From NCBI GenBank assembly GCA_009780135.1, contig WRAP01000002.1, forward strand, positions 5,840 through 69,839: 64,000 nucleotides of DNA. The letters run 5' to 3'. The DNA is from Bacillota bacterium. GTDB taxonomy: Bacteria > Bacillota > Clostridia > Christensenellales > Pumilibacteraceae. The notes beneath the pieces were generated by a model that saw nothing but the letters and a program-made list of their open reading frames with translations, did no database searches and had not been told where the DNA came from. The position numbers and the translations under genes are program-made. Of the stretch, positions 20,693 through 30,549 are shown piece by piece (positions within the stretch are counted from its first letter, which is position 1; every line of letters begins with the position of its first letter).

Positions 20693-22882
20693 TTAAACAA
20701 GTCTTACAAAATCTCTACTAACAAAGCCTGTTCTATTTTGCCAAGTTGTTTGATAAAAATTACTTACAACATCTGTAATTGTTAGCCTTGTACCGTTAGG
20801 GATTGTGCCTATAACAGCACCTTGAGTATTTGGTGTAGTTCTAAAATTAAGATTGCCGCCTTGAGTTGTAACAACTCCTATTCTAGGATCCAACTCTACA
20901 AAATCTCGAGAAACCCAACCTAATCTTCCATCAAAAACTATATGATAAAACCCGTTGCTTTCGCCGGTTACTTGCACTCTAGTACCGTTTGGAATTAAGC
21001 CGATTATAGGGCTTTGTGTTGTGGGTCCGCTTCTAAAATTAAGACTTCCGCCCATTGTGCGTACTGTGCCCCAAAATCTATCCGGTCCTATTGGCGGAGT
21101 AGGTGGTACAGGTGGTGTAGGTGGCTCTGGAGGAATTGGTGGAGTGGGTGGTATTGGGGCAGGGGCAGGAGAATTTGCTTGTATGCGTCTAAATACTTCA
21201 TAAAGCCTATTCCAAGTTATCGGTCCTACAACACCGTCTGGGTTTAGACCAAAATTTCGTTGAAATTCTCTTACTGAAGTTTCGGTTCTAGTGCCAAATC
21301 GTCCGTCCACAGTTAGCTCGCCCGGAACAACAGGATAATATTGGCTAATATAATTTAGTAGCCATTGTAATTGTCTAACATCATTTCCGCTAGAGCCGTT
21401 TCTAAGTACAACATTCGGAGGATTCGGTCCAATGCCGATACGAACGCCTTCGCTGTTTAGGTTGGCTAAATTAGTAACTCCTACCCAAATTTGAGTAATT
21501 CGATTCCAAGTAGCCGCTCCGATTACACCGTCAACTCCAAGTCCGTTAATCCGTTGAAACTCTCTGACAGCTGCTTGAGTATCCGTACCAAAATTACCGT
21601 CTTCTCTAGTAATAAGAGGAATAAGCGGGAAGTTTTGTCTTATGCGGTTAAGATGTTGCTGCATAAGCTGTACATGTGCCCCGGTACTGCCTAAACGCAA
21701 AGGAGTGCCGGGGAAGGTTGTGCGAACATCTTGAATATTAGTCGTTGTAGTAATATTTATATCATTTCCATAGAAATGTCTTAAAATTTGTAGAGAATTT
21801 TGTCCTTGATTAGCAAGCGTTACTGTACCCCACTGACTAAGACATCCTGCTCCGCAAGCGTTAGCACGATATGTAGTAAAATGTGGATTTTGGAAACCGA
21901 TTCGGTGTACATAGCTGTTAAAAATTCGTGCTGAAATTTGCATTAAATTTTCAAAGATATTTCTGCCATACACGAAGAATTGATCAAATTGAGTTGTGTT
22001 TGTTATGTCAAAATTAAAACCCCTAGAGCGATACCATTCTGTAAAAAGACGGTTTAGAGCAAAATTGGTAATTGCATGTATGTTTGCCTCTAAGCTAGCA
22101 ACCGGCCAAGTGGCAAAAATTTCACTACTAGCTACATTGGCAATATACTCTACAAACGGAACTCGTACATTTCTGGCGGCATTATTTGTGGGTGCTCCCA
22201 ATCTAACAGTAATGTAAGTAGGTATAAAAACTTCTCTAACCCTAGTCGCGTCGCCACCAACTGAGCCGCTCTGAAAAGGCTGAAGTACAGCAGGCATAGG
22301 AATATTTATATCATCCATATCATCGGCAACAGTTACCGGTGCATCAGCAATAGCGTCGTCTCTAAGATCTCGATGAGGCACAGGATTAACGGCTCCTGGA
22401 TTTTGAATATAAGCGCCCTGTCCGCCAAAGCTCGCTATAGGGGCATTGTATCGAGTGAGTAAAGAGTAGTTTTGAGCCTGCTGTACGCTTTGCACAGAAG
22501 CTTGTGGTTCAACTTTTTTAAAATTTTCACTTACATAAATATGCTCGGGAGTATCTTCAAGACTCAAACACGGGTGCATTTGTACAGGCAGATAACTGTT
22601 TACACTCGCTAAGATTTCTACACCGTGTATATGTACGGTGTGATAGCCGTGCTTAGATACCTCTACATCGTATAAGCTATAGCAACTTTGTGCGGTGTCT
22701 GGAGAGAGTGATAAACTGGGGTCGGGTGCGGTAAGGGTTATGTAGTCGGTCATACCGTCGGAATCGGTAATTTGCCTTGCGATTATATCGCCGTTTTTGT
22801 TTTTTGTTATAACTGTAGCGCCGGCAAGCGGCAGCATTTCGAGAGCGGTATTAACAAAAACTCTTTGATTAGTGGTGGGCAT
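20693..22882 (-). CDS. SleC-like spore cortex-lytic enzyme with two PG_binding_1 repeats, a Pro-rich linker and two SH3b-like repeats
   Basis: The core reads SSEIFATWPVASLEANIHAITNFALNRLFTEWYRSRGFNFDITN...YGRNIFEN...LQILRHFYGNDINI. It matches my recollection of Clostridium SleC. It is followed by two copies of GxxGxxVxxLQxxLN...DGxFGxxTxxAVxxFQ, then PAPAPIPPTPPIPPEPPTPPVPPTPP, then two copies of LNFRxxP...G. Confidence 0.7.
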   Translation of the reverse strand: MPTTNQRVFVNTALEMLPLAGATVITKNKNGDIIARQITDSDGMTDYITLTAPDPSLSLSPDTAQSCYSLYDVEVSKHGYHTVHIHGVEILASVNSYLPVQMHPCLSLEDTPEHIYVSENFKKVEPQASVQSVQQAQNYSLLTRYNAPIASFGGQGAYIQNPGAVNPVPHRDLRDDAIADAPVTVADDMDDINIPMPAVLQPFQSGSVGGDATRVREVFIPTYITVRLGAPTNNAARNVRVPFVEYIANVASSEIFATWPVASLEANIHAITNFALNRLFTEWYRSRGFNFDITNTTQFDQFFVYGRNIFENLMQISARIFNSYVHRIGFQNPHFTTYRANACGAGCLSQWGTVTLANQGQNSLQILRHFYGNDINITTTTNIQDVRTTFPGTPLRLGSTGAHVQLMQQHLNRIRQNFPLIPLITREDGNFGTDTQAAVREFQRINGLGVDGVIGAATWNRITQIWVGVTNLANLNSEGVRIGIGPNPPNVVLRNGSSGNDVRQLQWLLNYISQYYPVVPGELTVDGRFGTRTETSVREFQRNFGLNPDGVVGPITWNRLYEVFRRIQANSPAPAPIPPTPPIPPEPPTPPVPPTPPIGPDRFWGTVRTMGGSLNFRSGPTTQSPIIGLIPNGTRVQVTGESNGFYHIVFDGRLGWVSRDFVELDPRIGVVTTQGGNLNFRTTPNTQGAVIGTIPNGTRLTITDVVSNFYQTTWQNRTGFVSRDFVRLV

Positions 22883-23058
22883 ATATAAAAAATCTCCTAT
22901 CTTTGTACAATATGAAAGATAAGAGATTTTTGTGAAAATAGATTTTATATAGTGTAAAAAAGCAAATAAAAGACGAAATAATTAGTTAGTTAAGCGAGTT
23001 TTGCACTTAATTAAAAATCGTTGTCAAGATGGTTTTTTTATTATATACTATTGCTATA

Positions 23059-24678
23059 ATGAACTCGTCAAAAACTAGCAAGAATACAAAAGATAATAAA
23101 TACTATATTACAACTCCCATATATTTTCCTAGTGGTAAGTGGCACTTAGGGCATAGCTACACAACTGTGTGTTGCGATAGCTTAGCTAGATTTAATAGGT
23201 TAGAAGGTAAAGAGGTGTTTTATTTAACGGGTACGGACGAACATGGCCAAAAAATAGAAGAAAATGCTAAAAAAGCAGGTAAATCTCCTAAAGAGTTTGT
23301 AGATGAATTAGTAGCAAGTATAAAAGAGCTGTGGAAATTATTTAACATACAGTACGATGGATTTATCCGTACAACAGATTTTCATCACGAAAAAACGGTG
23401 CAAGGGATTTTTAATAAACTTTTAAAGCAGGGCGATATTTATAAGGGTTCTTATAGCGGATTTTATTGCACTCCATGCGAGAGCTTTTGGACAAACACTC
23501 AAACTAAAGGTGGAAAATGCCCCGATTGTGGACGGGAAGTAGCTGTTTCACAAGAAGAATGCTATTTTTTTAGGCTATCAAAATATAAAGATAGATTGCT
23601 TAAACTACTTACAGAAGATAATTTTTTAGAGCCTAAAAGCCGTGTTAATGAAATGGTTAATAATTTTCTAAAATCTGAGAGTGGGTTAGAGGATTTGGCG
23701 GTTAGTCGTACTAGTTTTAGTTGGGGTGTGCCGGTTAATGGCGATGAGAATCATATCATATATGTTTGGATTGATGCTTTAAGCAACTATATTACTGCAC
23801 TTGGCTATAATTCCGATAAATCTTTTGAAGAGCAAAGTGAGCATTTTAAGAAATTTTGGCCTGCGGATTTGCATCTTATGGCAAAAGAAATTGTGCGATT
23901 TCATGCTCTTATTTGGCCGGCACTTCTTATGGCATTAGATTTGCCATTGCCTAAAAAGATTTACGGGCATGGTTGGTTACTTTTTGATGGCGATAAAATG
24001 AGTAAGAGTAAAGGTAATGTTGTAGATCCGTTTATTTTGTGCGATAGATACGGAGTTGATGCAATGCGTTATTGTTTACTTAGGGAGATTAGTTTTGGTC
24101 AAGATTGCGATTATTCTACCGAAAATTTTTTAATGAGAATAAATACCGATTTATGTAATGATTTAGGTAACTTAACTAAACGCACAATGGCAATGAGTAG
24201 GCAATATTTTGAGGGTATAGTAATAAAACCTAAACCAGGCGAGGGTACAGAATTTGATGTGGAGTTAATAGAAAAAATAAACGATTTGTATTCGGCGGTT
24301 AAAGGTAAATTAGAAAAGCTAGAAATCAGTAAGGCGCTCGAAAGCATTTTTGAAGTAATTTCTTCTAGTAATAAATATATAGATAATACAACTCCATGGA
24401 TACTTAATAAAGAAGGTACACCAGAGGCGAAAATACGCTTAAATGCTGTTATTTATAATCTGCTTGAGGTTATTAGGGTTTGTAGCAATATGCTTTTGCC
24501 GTTTATGCCTGATACTCCACAAATCATCTACAACCAACTAGGTTTAAAGCTCCCTAAAGATTTCAAATCCACAAAACACGGCTTAATAAAACAATACACC
24601 ACAGTTGAGGGCGAAGCATTATTTTTACGCCTAGATATCAAAAAAGAATTAGAAGAATTAGAAAAAATAAATTTATAA
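23059..24678 (+). CDS. metG: Methionine--tRNA ligase, short form without the C-terminal tRNA-binding domain
   Basis: The HIGH-type motif reads YYITTPIYFPSGKWHLGHSYT. A zinc knuckle (CTPCESF...CPDCG) and the KMSKS motif are both present. The start was placed at MNSSKTSK; the upstream ATG at 23029 lies inside the putative promoter. Confidence 0.9.
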   Translation: MNSSKTSKNTKDNKYYITTPIYFPSGKWHLGHSYTTVCCDSLARFNRLEGKEVFYLTGTDEHGQKIEENAKKAGKSPKEFVDELVASIKELWKLFNIQYDGFIRTTDFHHEKTVQGIFNKLLKQGDIYKGSYSGFYCTPCESFWTNTQTKGGKCPDCGREVAVSQEECYFFRLSKYKDRLLKLLTEDNFLEPKSRVNEMVNNFLKSESGLEDLAVSRTSFSWGVPVNGDENHIIYVWIDALSNYITALGYNSDKSFEEQSEHFKKFWPADLHLMAKEIVRFHALIWPALLMALDLPLPKKIYGHGWLLFDGDKMSKSKGNVVDPFILCDRYGVDAMRYCLLREISFGQDCDYSTENFLMRINTDLCNDLGNLTKRTMAMSRQYFEGIVIKPKPGEGTEFDVELIEKINDLYSAVKGKLEKLEISKALESIFEVISSSNKYIDNTTPWILNKEGTPEAKIRLNAVIYNLLEVIRVCSNMLLPFMPDTPQIIYNQLGLKLPKDFKSTKHGLIKQYTTVEGEALFLRLDIKKELEELEKINL

Positions 24679-24726
24679 GCAATAAAAAGCATCAATACAA
24701 GAGATCACAAAAAGGAGCGATTAAAA

Positions 24727-26250
24727 TTGTTTGCAAAAGTTAAAGCATTTGGGCTTAGCGGCATAGAAGGTGTAGAAGTTACTGTTGAGGCAGATATTCA
24801 TGCAGGATTGCCAGGCACGGATTTAAGCGGACTGCCCGATACTTCTATAAAGGAAAGCCGAGAGAGGGTTAGAAGTGCTATTAAAAATAGTGGTTTTTTG
24901 TTTACACCTCGTAGAATCACGCTTAATTTAGCTCCTGCTGATACAAAAAAGGAGGGACCTCTTTTTGATTTAGCGATAGCTCTTAGTATTATGAGTGCAT
25001 ATGAACAACTAAGGCTTGATAGATTGGCACAAGAAACAGTATTTATAGGAGAGCTTAGTTTAGATGGTTTTTTACGACCTGTTAGAGGAATTTTGCCGAT
25101 TTTAATTTCCGCGGTTAATAAGGGTTTTAAACGATTTGTAATTCCGAAGGACAATGCACTTGAAGCTAGCTTTATAGAGGGTGCGGAGGTTTATGCTTTG
25201 GATAGTCTTACGGGAGTAGTGCATTTTATACAAAATCCTGCTAGATTTGAGCCGATTGCTCATCGCAAATATGAGGCAACCACAACCAACAAATTTAAAG
25301 AGGATTTTAAGTACATAAGAGGTCAAGTGTTTGCCAGAAGAGCTATGGAAATTGCGGCGAGTGGCGGTCATAATATTTTACTTATTGGTCCGCCGGGATC
25401 GGGTAAGACTATGCTTGCTAAATGCTTGCCGAGCATTTTACCAACTATGAATGTAGTTGAGGCTATGGAGACAACTAAAATTCATAGTATAGCGGGCATT
25501 TTGCCGTTAGAGCAGGGAATTGTGACTAATCGTCCATTTAGAGCACCTCATCATACTGCAAGTCAAATTTCGATAACAGGTGGTGGCAGCAAAGCTAATC
25601 CCGGTGAAATATCGCTAGCACATAACGGAGTTTTATTTTTAGATGAATTGCCCGAGTATCCTAGAGCGGTATTAGAGATTTTACGGCAACCACTTGAAGA
25701 TAAGTCGATTTTAATTAGTAGGGCAAACCGAACAGTAAAATATCCTGCAGATTTTATGATGGTATCGGGGATGAACCCTTGTCCGTGTGGAAATGCCGGC
25801 TCTAAGCTAAAGGAATGTAGTTGTACACCCGCACATATTAACAAGTATTTAGCTAAGCTATCCGGACCACTACTTGATAGGATAGATATGCACATCGAAG
25901 TTGATAGTGTTACTTACGATGACATTAAAGGTGCTGAGGGTGAGGATAGCGAAACGATAAGAATAAGAGTGCAGTCGGCAAGAGAAATTCAATCAACTCG
26001 TTATGCTGGTACAGGGGTTAGTTGCAATGCATCATTAGATCCGTTATTATTAGAAAAGCATTGTCAGCTAGACGAAAAATCTGAAATTCTAATCAAAAAA
26101 GCATTTGAGCGATTAGGGTTAAGTGTTAGGGCATACACTCGTGTATTAAAGGTTGCTCGCACCATAGCTGACCTCTCGGGCGAGGAAAATATTCAATTTC
26201 AACATTTATCCGAAGCATTATCTTATAGATGTCTAGACAGAAGAAAGTGA
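24727..26250 (+). CDS. YifB/ComM family Mg-chelatase-like ATPase
   Basis: An N-terminal Lon-like domain is followed by an AAA+ core (LLIGPPGSGKTM, GVLFLDELPE) and a Cys-rich insert (CPCGNAGSKLKECSC). The gene has a TTG start. Confidence 0.9.
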   Translation: MFAKVKAFGLSGIEGVEVTVEADIHAGLPGTDLSGLPDTSIKESRERVRSAIKNSGFLFTPRRITLNLAPADTKKEGPLFDLAIALSIMSAYEQLRLDRLAQETVFIGELSLDGFLRPVRGILPILISAVNKGFKRFVIPKDNALEASFIEGAEVYALDSLTGVVHFIQNPARFEPIAHRKYEATTTNKFKEDFKYIRGQVFARRAMEIAASGGHNILLIGPPGSGKTMLAKCLPSILPTMNVVEAMETTKIHSIAGILPLEQGIVTNRPFRAPHHTASQISITGGGSKANPGEISLAHNGVLFLDELPEYPRAVLEILRQPLEDKSILISRANRTVKYPADFMMVSGMNPCPCGNAGSKLKECSCTPAHINKYLAKLSGPLLDRIDMHIEVDSVTYDDIKGAEGEDSETIRIRVQSAREIQSTRYAGTGVSCNASLDPLLLEKHCQLDEKSEILIKKAFERLGLSVRAYTRVLKVARTIADLSGEENIQFQHLSEALSYRCLDRRK

Positions 26251-26350
26251 TAGGTGAAATTTATAATTTAAAAAATGAAAAGACTCCGTAAGATAATTCT
26301 CGTGCGGTGTTTTTTGTATAATTTTATACGCTTTTTCACACTATAAAATT

Positions 26351-27805
26351 GTGATAGAAAATGCGGAAAAAATCTTAAATAAATTTCCTAATGACGACCT
26401 TGTTAAAAGGCGTGATTTTGTATTTAACGGCAAAAAGGGTGCGATGCTTTTTATGCCTGATTTAACAAAGGAAGAAGTTTTAGAAAAGACAATTTTTGCT
26501 CTTAATACTCTCTCTAAAGACGAAAATAAAAAGATAAAATCTGCTAAGGATATTATAGAAAACTTACTTTTTACTAGACACAATATAATCGAAAGTGATA
26601 TAGAAGAGGCTACAAATTTTATACTTTCAGGCGATGCTGTTGTTATTATAGACGGCTTTAGAGAGATGATAGTAGTTGACAGCAAAGCGTGGGATAAGCG
26701 AAGCATAATGGAACCTCCTGTAGAAAATGTACTTAGAGGTCCAAGAGAAGGTTTTATAGAGGATGTTAAAACTAACTTAACGCTTATTCAGCGTCGTATG
26801 CGGTCTACAAATTTAAAAGTGGAGCGTATGCGTATAGGTAAGCAATCTTATACTGCAATAGCGATAGTTTATTTAAACGATGTAGCAAATCCTGCGATAG
26901 TTAAAGAAATTAAAGAGCGTCTAAAAAAGGTTGATATTGATATGCTTTACGATAGCTACAGCCTAGAGCCGTTTTTAGAGCATCGCCCGTATTCGATTTT
27001 TAAGCAGGTTGGCTACACCGAGCGTCCTGATATTGCATGCAGTCGCATAGCAGAGGGAAGAGTGGCTATAGTTGTAGACGGCTCGCCAATTGTTTTAACT
27101 TTGCCTTTTTTACTTATAGAAGATTTTCACTCAGCTGAAGATCATTATCAGAAATTTTCGGCAGCTACTTTTTTAAGATTTTTGAGGCTATTTGCTCTTA
27201 TAACAGCTTTAATACTACCAGGCATTTATATCACATTATTACAATTTAATTACAATTTAGTTCCGCTCTCATTTTTAATGAGCATTCTAAACGCTACAAA
27301 AGGTACACCTTTGCCACCGCTAGCAGAGATTCTTTTAGTAATGTTTTTATTTGAAGTCTTACGAGAATCAGCGCTACGAATGCCCAAAATTATCGGTCTT
27401 GCTATGGGTATAGTGGGCGGTATCGTTTTAGGTGAAGCGGCTATTTTATCGGGTTTACTAAGTCCGTCCAGTATACTCGTTGTAGCGGTTAGCTCTATTG
27501 CTATGTTTACAGTACCTAATCATTTGGGTGCATCTATGTTATTGCGAATTGCTTTTACAATTATTGGTGGTTTATTAGGCTTATGGGGTATGTTGGCTTT
27601 AGCTGTATTTGTTATTCATTATTTAGCGAATTTCCATGCTTACGAAGCGCCGTATTTAGCACCCTTAGCCCCGCTTATCCAAAAAGATTGCAAGGATTCG
27701 TTTATAAAACGCCCCGTGTTCGAGCTTGATACTCGTCCCGAATGCGTTGGAGCAATAAATAAAAACCGTTGCGAAACTAAGGAGGCGAAGGATGGAGCAA
27801 GTTAA
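26351..27805 (+). CDS. Spore germination protein, GerA/KA (A-subunit) family
   Basis: The conserved GerA block reads EPPVENVLRGPREGFIEDVKTNLTLIQRR. C-terminal TM helices are present. This is the first gene of an A-B-C operon with overlapping junctions. Confidence 0.9.
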   Translation: MIENAEKILNKFPNDDLVKRRDFVFNGKKGAMLFMPDLTKEEVLEKTIFALNTLSKDENKKIKSAKDIIENLLFTRHNIIESDIEEATNFILSGDAVVIIDGFREMIVVDSKAWDKRSIMEPPVENVLRGPREGFIEDVKTNLTLIQRRMRSTNLKVERMRIGKQSYTAIAIVYLNDVANPAIVKEIKERLKKVDIDMLYDSYSLEPFLEHRPYSIFKQVGYTERPDIACSRIAEGRVAIVVDGSPIVLTLPFLLIEDFHSAEDHYQKFSAATFLRFLRLFALITALILPGIYITLLQFNYNLVPLSFLMSILNATKGTPLPPLAEILLVMFLFEVLRESALRMPKIIGLAMGIVGGIVLGEAAILSGLLSPSSILVVAVSSIAMFTVPNHLGASMLLRIAFTIIGGLLGLWGMLALAVFVIHYLANFHAYEAPYLAPLAPLIQKDCKDSFIKRPVFELDTRPECVGAINKNRCETKEAKDGAS

Positions 27806-29027
27806 TCAAACACAAGTAACAGAAAAGTTAGATAATATTGATATTAAAGCATTATCGATAAGACAGCTTGCAATATTGGTTTTTATAGTAAGTTTAGGAG
27901 CTAAATTTTTTACTCTACCGATTTTAATGATGAAAATGGGGGGTAGGGTAGCCTGGGTTGCTCTTTTAGCATTACTTGTTATTGATATTCTAGTAATAGC
28001 AGCATTTAGTGTAGCAAGTCGTAAAAGTCCAGATAAAACAGCTTTTAGTATAATAGAGGAAACATTAGGAAGGATTGGGTCGAGAATAATATTTATAGCT
28101 ATTTTTGTCCTTTTAGCATTTAGAGCGATAATGCTTTTTGGCGATATAGCTCAGTTTTTTTCTAGAAATATTTTTGACGGATTGCCAAACTGGATTTTAC
28201 TTTTGCCTGTAGTGATTTTATGTATTTCTTTTGGTAGCAAAAGTCTAAGAAGTTTAGGTAGAACAAGCGAGATTTTAATTTTTTTTATAGTACCTGCAAT
28301 CATAGTTGTTTTTTTACTACTCTTAAAAACTTCTAATTGGGTAAGACTTTTGCCGTTAGTTGGCGAAGGCTCGACTGTTGATATATGGCATATGTTAACA
28401 AAACTTCCACTATTCTTTTTTGATGTAATAGCACTTTTTGTAGCACTTGGCAAAATTAATCGCAAAGCTGGCGAAAAAGAAAAGGTTAGTAGTAGAGGTG
28501 ACAAAGTGTCCTCCGCATCTATTAAACAAAAGCGTTTCGGTTTTGTTCCGATTATTAGTGTGGCAATAGCCAGTACAATTATTTTTGTGCTTTTTTTAGG
28601 TGTTTTTTCATCATATATGGATGTTAAAACCGTAATCAATCCACAAGAGATTGGTAGCTTAACTCATACAGCAATTTCTAGATTCTCATTTGGACGGTTT
28701 GATATTATTGCATTGGTTGTAATGATGGCAGGGGTGCTTTTAACTTTAGGTGTTGTATTTTATTCACTTACTAATACGGCATCTTATATAATAAAATCAA
28801 GCAAAAAAACTCCGATAGCATTGGTGCTAGCGGCGGCAGTTTATCTTTTTGTAGTATTGATGAATCCGATAGTATTAAACGAATTTATATTAAAATATGG
28901 CATATATTTTGCTGGTATATTAGGCGGCGGATTTATTGTAATTCTTATAATTTGTAGTGTGATTTCTAATAAAAAAATCAGTAAGGAGGTAGCAATTGAT
29001 GGAGAACAAAATCAAGAAGTTGGATAA
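27792..29027 (+). CDS. Spore germination protein, B subunit (APC-like permease)
   Basis: This is a ~10-TM protein of 411 aa beginning ...LSIRQLAILVFIVSLGAKFF. It overlaps the A-subunit gene by 14 nt. Confidence 0.8.
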   Translation: MEQVNQTQVTEKLDNIDIKALSIRQLAILVFIVSLGAKFFTLPILMMKMGGRVAWVALLALLVIDILVIAAFSVASRKSPDKTAFSIIEETLGRIGSRIIFIAIFVLLAFRAIMLFGDIAQFFSRNIFDGLPNWILLLPVVILCISFGSKSLRSLGRTSEILIFFIVPAIIVVFLLLLKTSNWVRLLPLVGEGSTVDIWHMLTKLPLFFFDVIALFVALGKINRKAGEKEKVSSRGDKVSSASIKQKRFGFVPIISVAIASTIIFVLFLGVFSSYMDVKTVINPQEIGSLTHTAISRFSFGRFDIIALVVMMAGVLLTLGVVFYSLTNTASYIIKSSKKTPIALVLAAAVYLFVVLMNPIVLNEFILKYGIYFAGILGGGFIVILIICSVISNKKISKEVAIDGEQNQEVG

Positions 29028-30504
29028 AAAATATACTGAAACTAAACGCAAAAAGATAATCATTTATAAAATTATAGCTGTAGCTTTAGCTGCCATCGTT
29101 GTTTTTGGTTTAACGAATGCAAATATGCCTCAAGCTAACGAGAGAAGTATTGTTACAATGATGGCGATTGATACTCACGAAGACGGTGTTTTAGTTAGTA
29201 CCCATATGCTTGTAGCAACACCCGGTATTATGGAAAATGAATTTAGGCAAGACTTAGCAGAGGCAAGCGGCCGTAATATTTTTGAAGCTATAAGTAAATT
29301 AAATATAGCTAAAGGCAGAAAGGCTGAGTTTTCGCAATGCGGATTAGTAGTTTTTGGTAGCGAGTTAGCACAAGAAGGCATTTTAGAGCATACAAAGGCA
29401 TTATTGGCTAGCAATACCGTTAGTGGAGGTACGCTATTGCTTACTACTGATGGTACTGGTAAAGACTTTTTAGAAAGTGCCGGACTACTTGGTGAGCAAA
29501 CCAGTGAAACTCTAAGTAAATTTATAACACGCTTTCAAGATACGCTAGATATGCCTATGCTTGTATTAAGTAGTTATTTATCTAGCGAGCTAAGTGAAAG
29601 CGGAGCATCCTTTATGCCGATTTTGAAATTTAGTAATGAGGAAAAGAATGAGGAGGAATTAAGAGATGAAGATGAGTTAGATGAAGAAAGTGAAGATAAA
29701 GGAAATGCTGGTTGCAAATCTAAAGAAGAAGGTACAGATGATGTTTTATTTAGCGAATCTAATGAAAATGAAAATTTAGAAGAAGAAAATGGTAAGGATT
29801 ATGATTTATCATCCGAGTCTAACAAAGAGGAAGAAATGTATGATGAAAACACGCAGGAGGATAGCGAAAATAACGAAGCTAACGATAAGAAAGAGGAAGA
29901 AGAAGTTGACGAAAGTCTCGACAATGATAATCCAGATGACTCCGATAATGACGAAGCCGATATAAAAAGTGTTGGTACAGTAGCGATTTTTAAGGGTGGA
30001 AAAAGAGAGGGATACTTAAACGAGCAGCAAACAAGGGGTCTTAATTTAATCCAAAATGAAAGCAGGCGAGGTCGTTATATTGTAGACGGTTTTACTTTTG
30101 ATAATCAAGAATATAGTGCTATTTTGGGACAAGTTAGAAGCAAATCTGTAAGGATAAAAACAGATTTTAATAGTGGCAAACCCTATATAGAATACTCAAT
30201 CAACGCTACCATAGATATAACAAAAAATCACGAATTAACATATCTTTTAAGTATAAACCCTTTAAGCAAAACAGATCTTTATCGCAATATAGAAAAAGCA
30301 TTTCAAAAAGCAATTATACAAGATGTAAAATCAGCTATATCCGTCAGCCAAGAATTAAATGCTGACTTTATGCAAATTCAATATCGATTTTGGCGAAAAA
30401 ACCATAAAGAAATGTCAATTTATTTAAACAACAACATCAACGAAGAAAATACATTCTTGCAAAATCTAACAACTACAATCAACGCAAATATAAGAGTAAG
30501 ATGA
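28999..30504 (+). CDS. Ger(x)C family germination protein with a long acidic insertion and no lipobox Cys
   Basis: Ger(x)C-like blocks (VGTVAIFKGGKREGYLNEQQTRGLNLI, and a C-terminal domain with ELNADFMQIQYRFWRKN) are present. An AAGGAGG sequence lies 9 nt upstream of the ATG. Confidence 0.75.
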   Translation: MENKIKKLDKKYTETKRKKIIIYKIIAVALAAIVVFGLTNANMPQANERSIVTMMAIDTHEDGVLVSTHMLVATPGIMENEFRQDLAEASGRNIFEAISKLNIAKGRKAEFSQCGLVVFGSELAQEGILEHTKALLASNTVSGGTLLLTTDGTGKDFLESAGLLGEQTSETLSKFITRFQDTLDMPMLVLSSYLSSELSESGASFMPILKFSNEEKNEEELRDEDELDEESEDKGNAGCKSKEEGTDDVLFSESNENENLEEENGKDYDLSSESNKEEEMYDENTQEDSENNEANDKKEEEEVDESLDNDNPDDSDNDEADIKSVGTVAIFKGGKREGYLNEQQTRGLNLIQNESRRGRYIVDGFTFDNQEYSAILGQVRSKSVRIKTDFNSGKPYIEYSINATIDITKNHELTYLLSINPLSKTDLYRNIEKAFQKAIIQDVKSAISVSQELNADFMQIQYRFWRKNHKEMSIYLNNNINEENTFLQNLTTTINANIRVR

Positions 30505-30509
30505 AAGTA

Positions 30510-30549
30510 GAGAACAGCCAAATAGCTAATTAGCTATTTGGCTGTTCTC
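30510..30549. terminator. Bidirectional hairpin between the convergent gerC-like and dnaI genes
   Basis: GAGAACAGCCAAATAGCTA-AT-TAGCTATTTGGCTGTTCTC is a perfect 19-bp stem. It overlaps the last codons of dnaI. Confidence 0.7.

Noticed and set aside
20955-21247. Gly-rich and Trp/Arg-rich ORFs lie on the plus strand inside the SleC-like gene.
   Set aside because: They are the complement of the proline-rich linker (CCN repeats give GGN). They are not independent genes.
22883-23058. I looked for a T-box leader upstream of metG.
   Set aside because: The region is only ~175 nt and AT-rich. It has no recognisable T-box sequence or specifier/antiterminator architecture.
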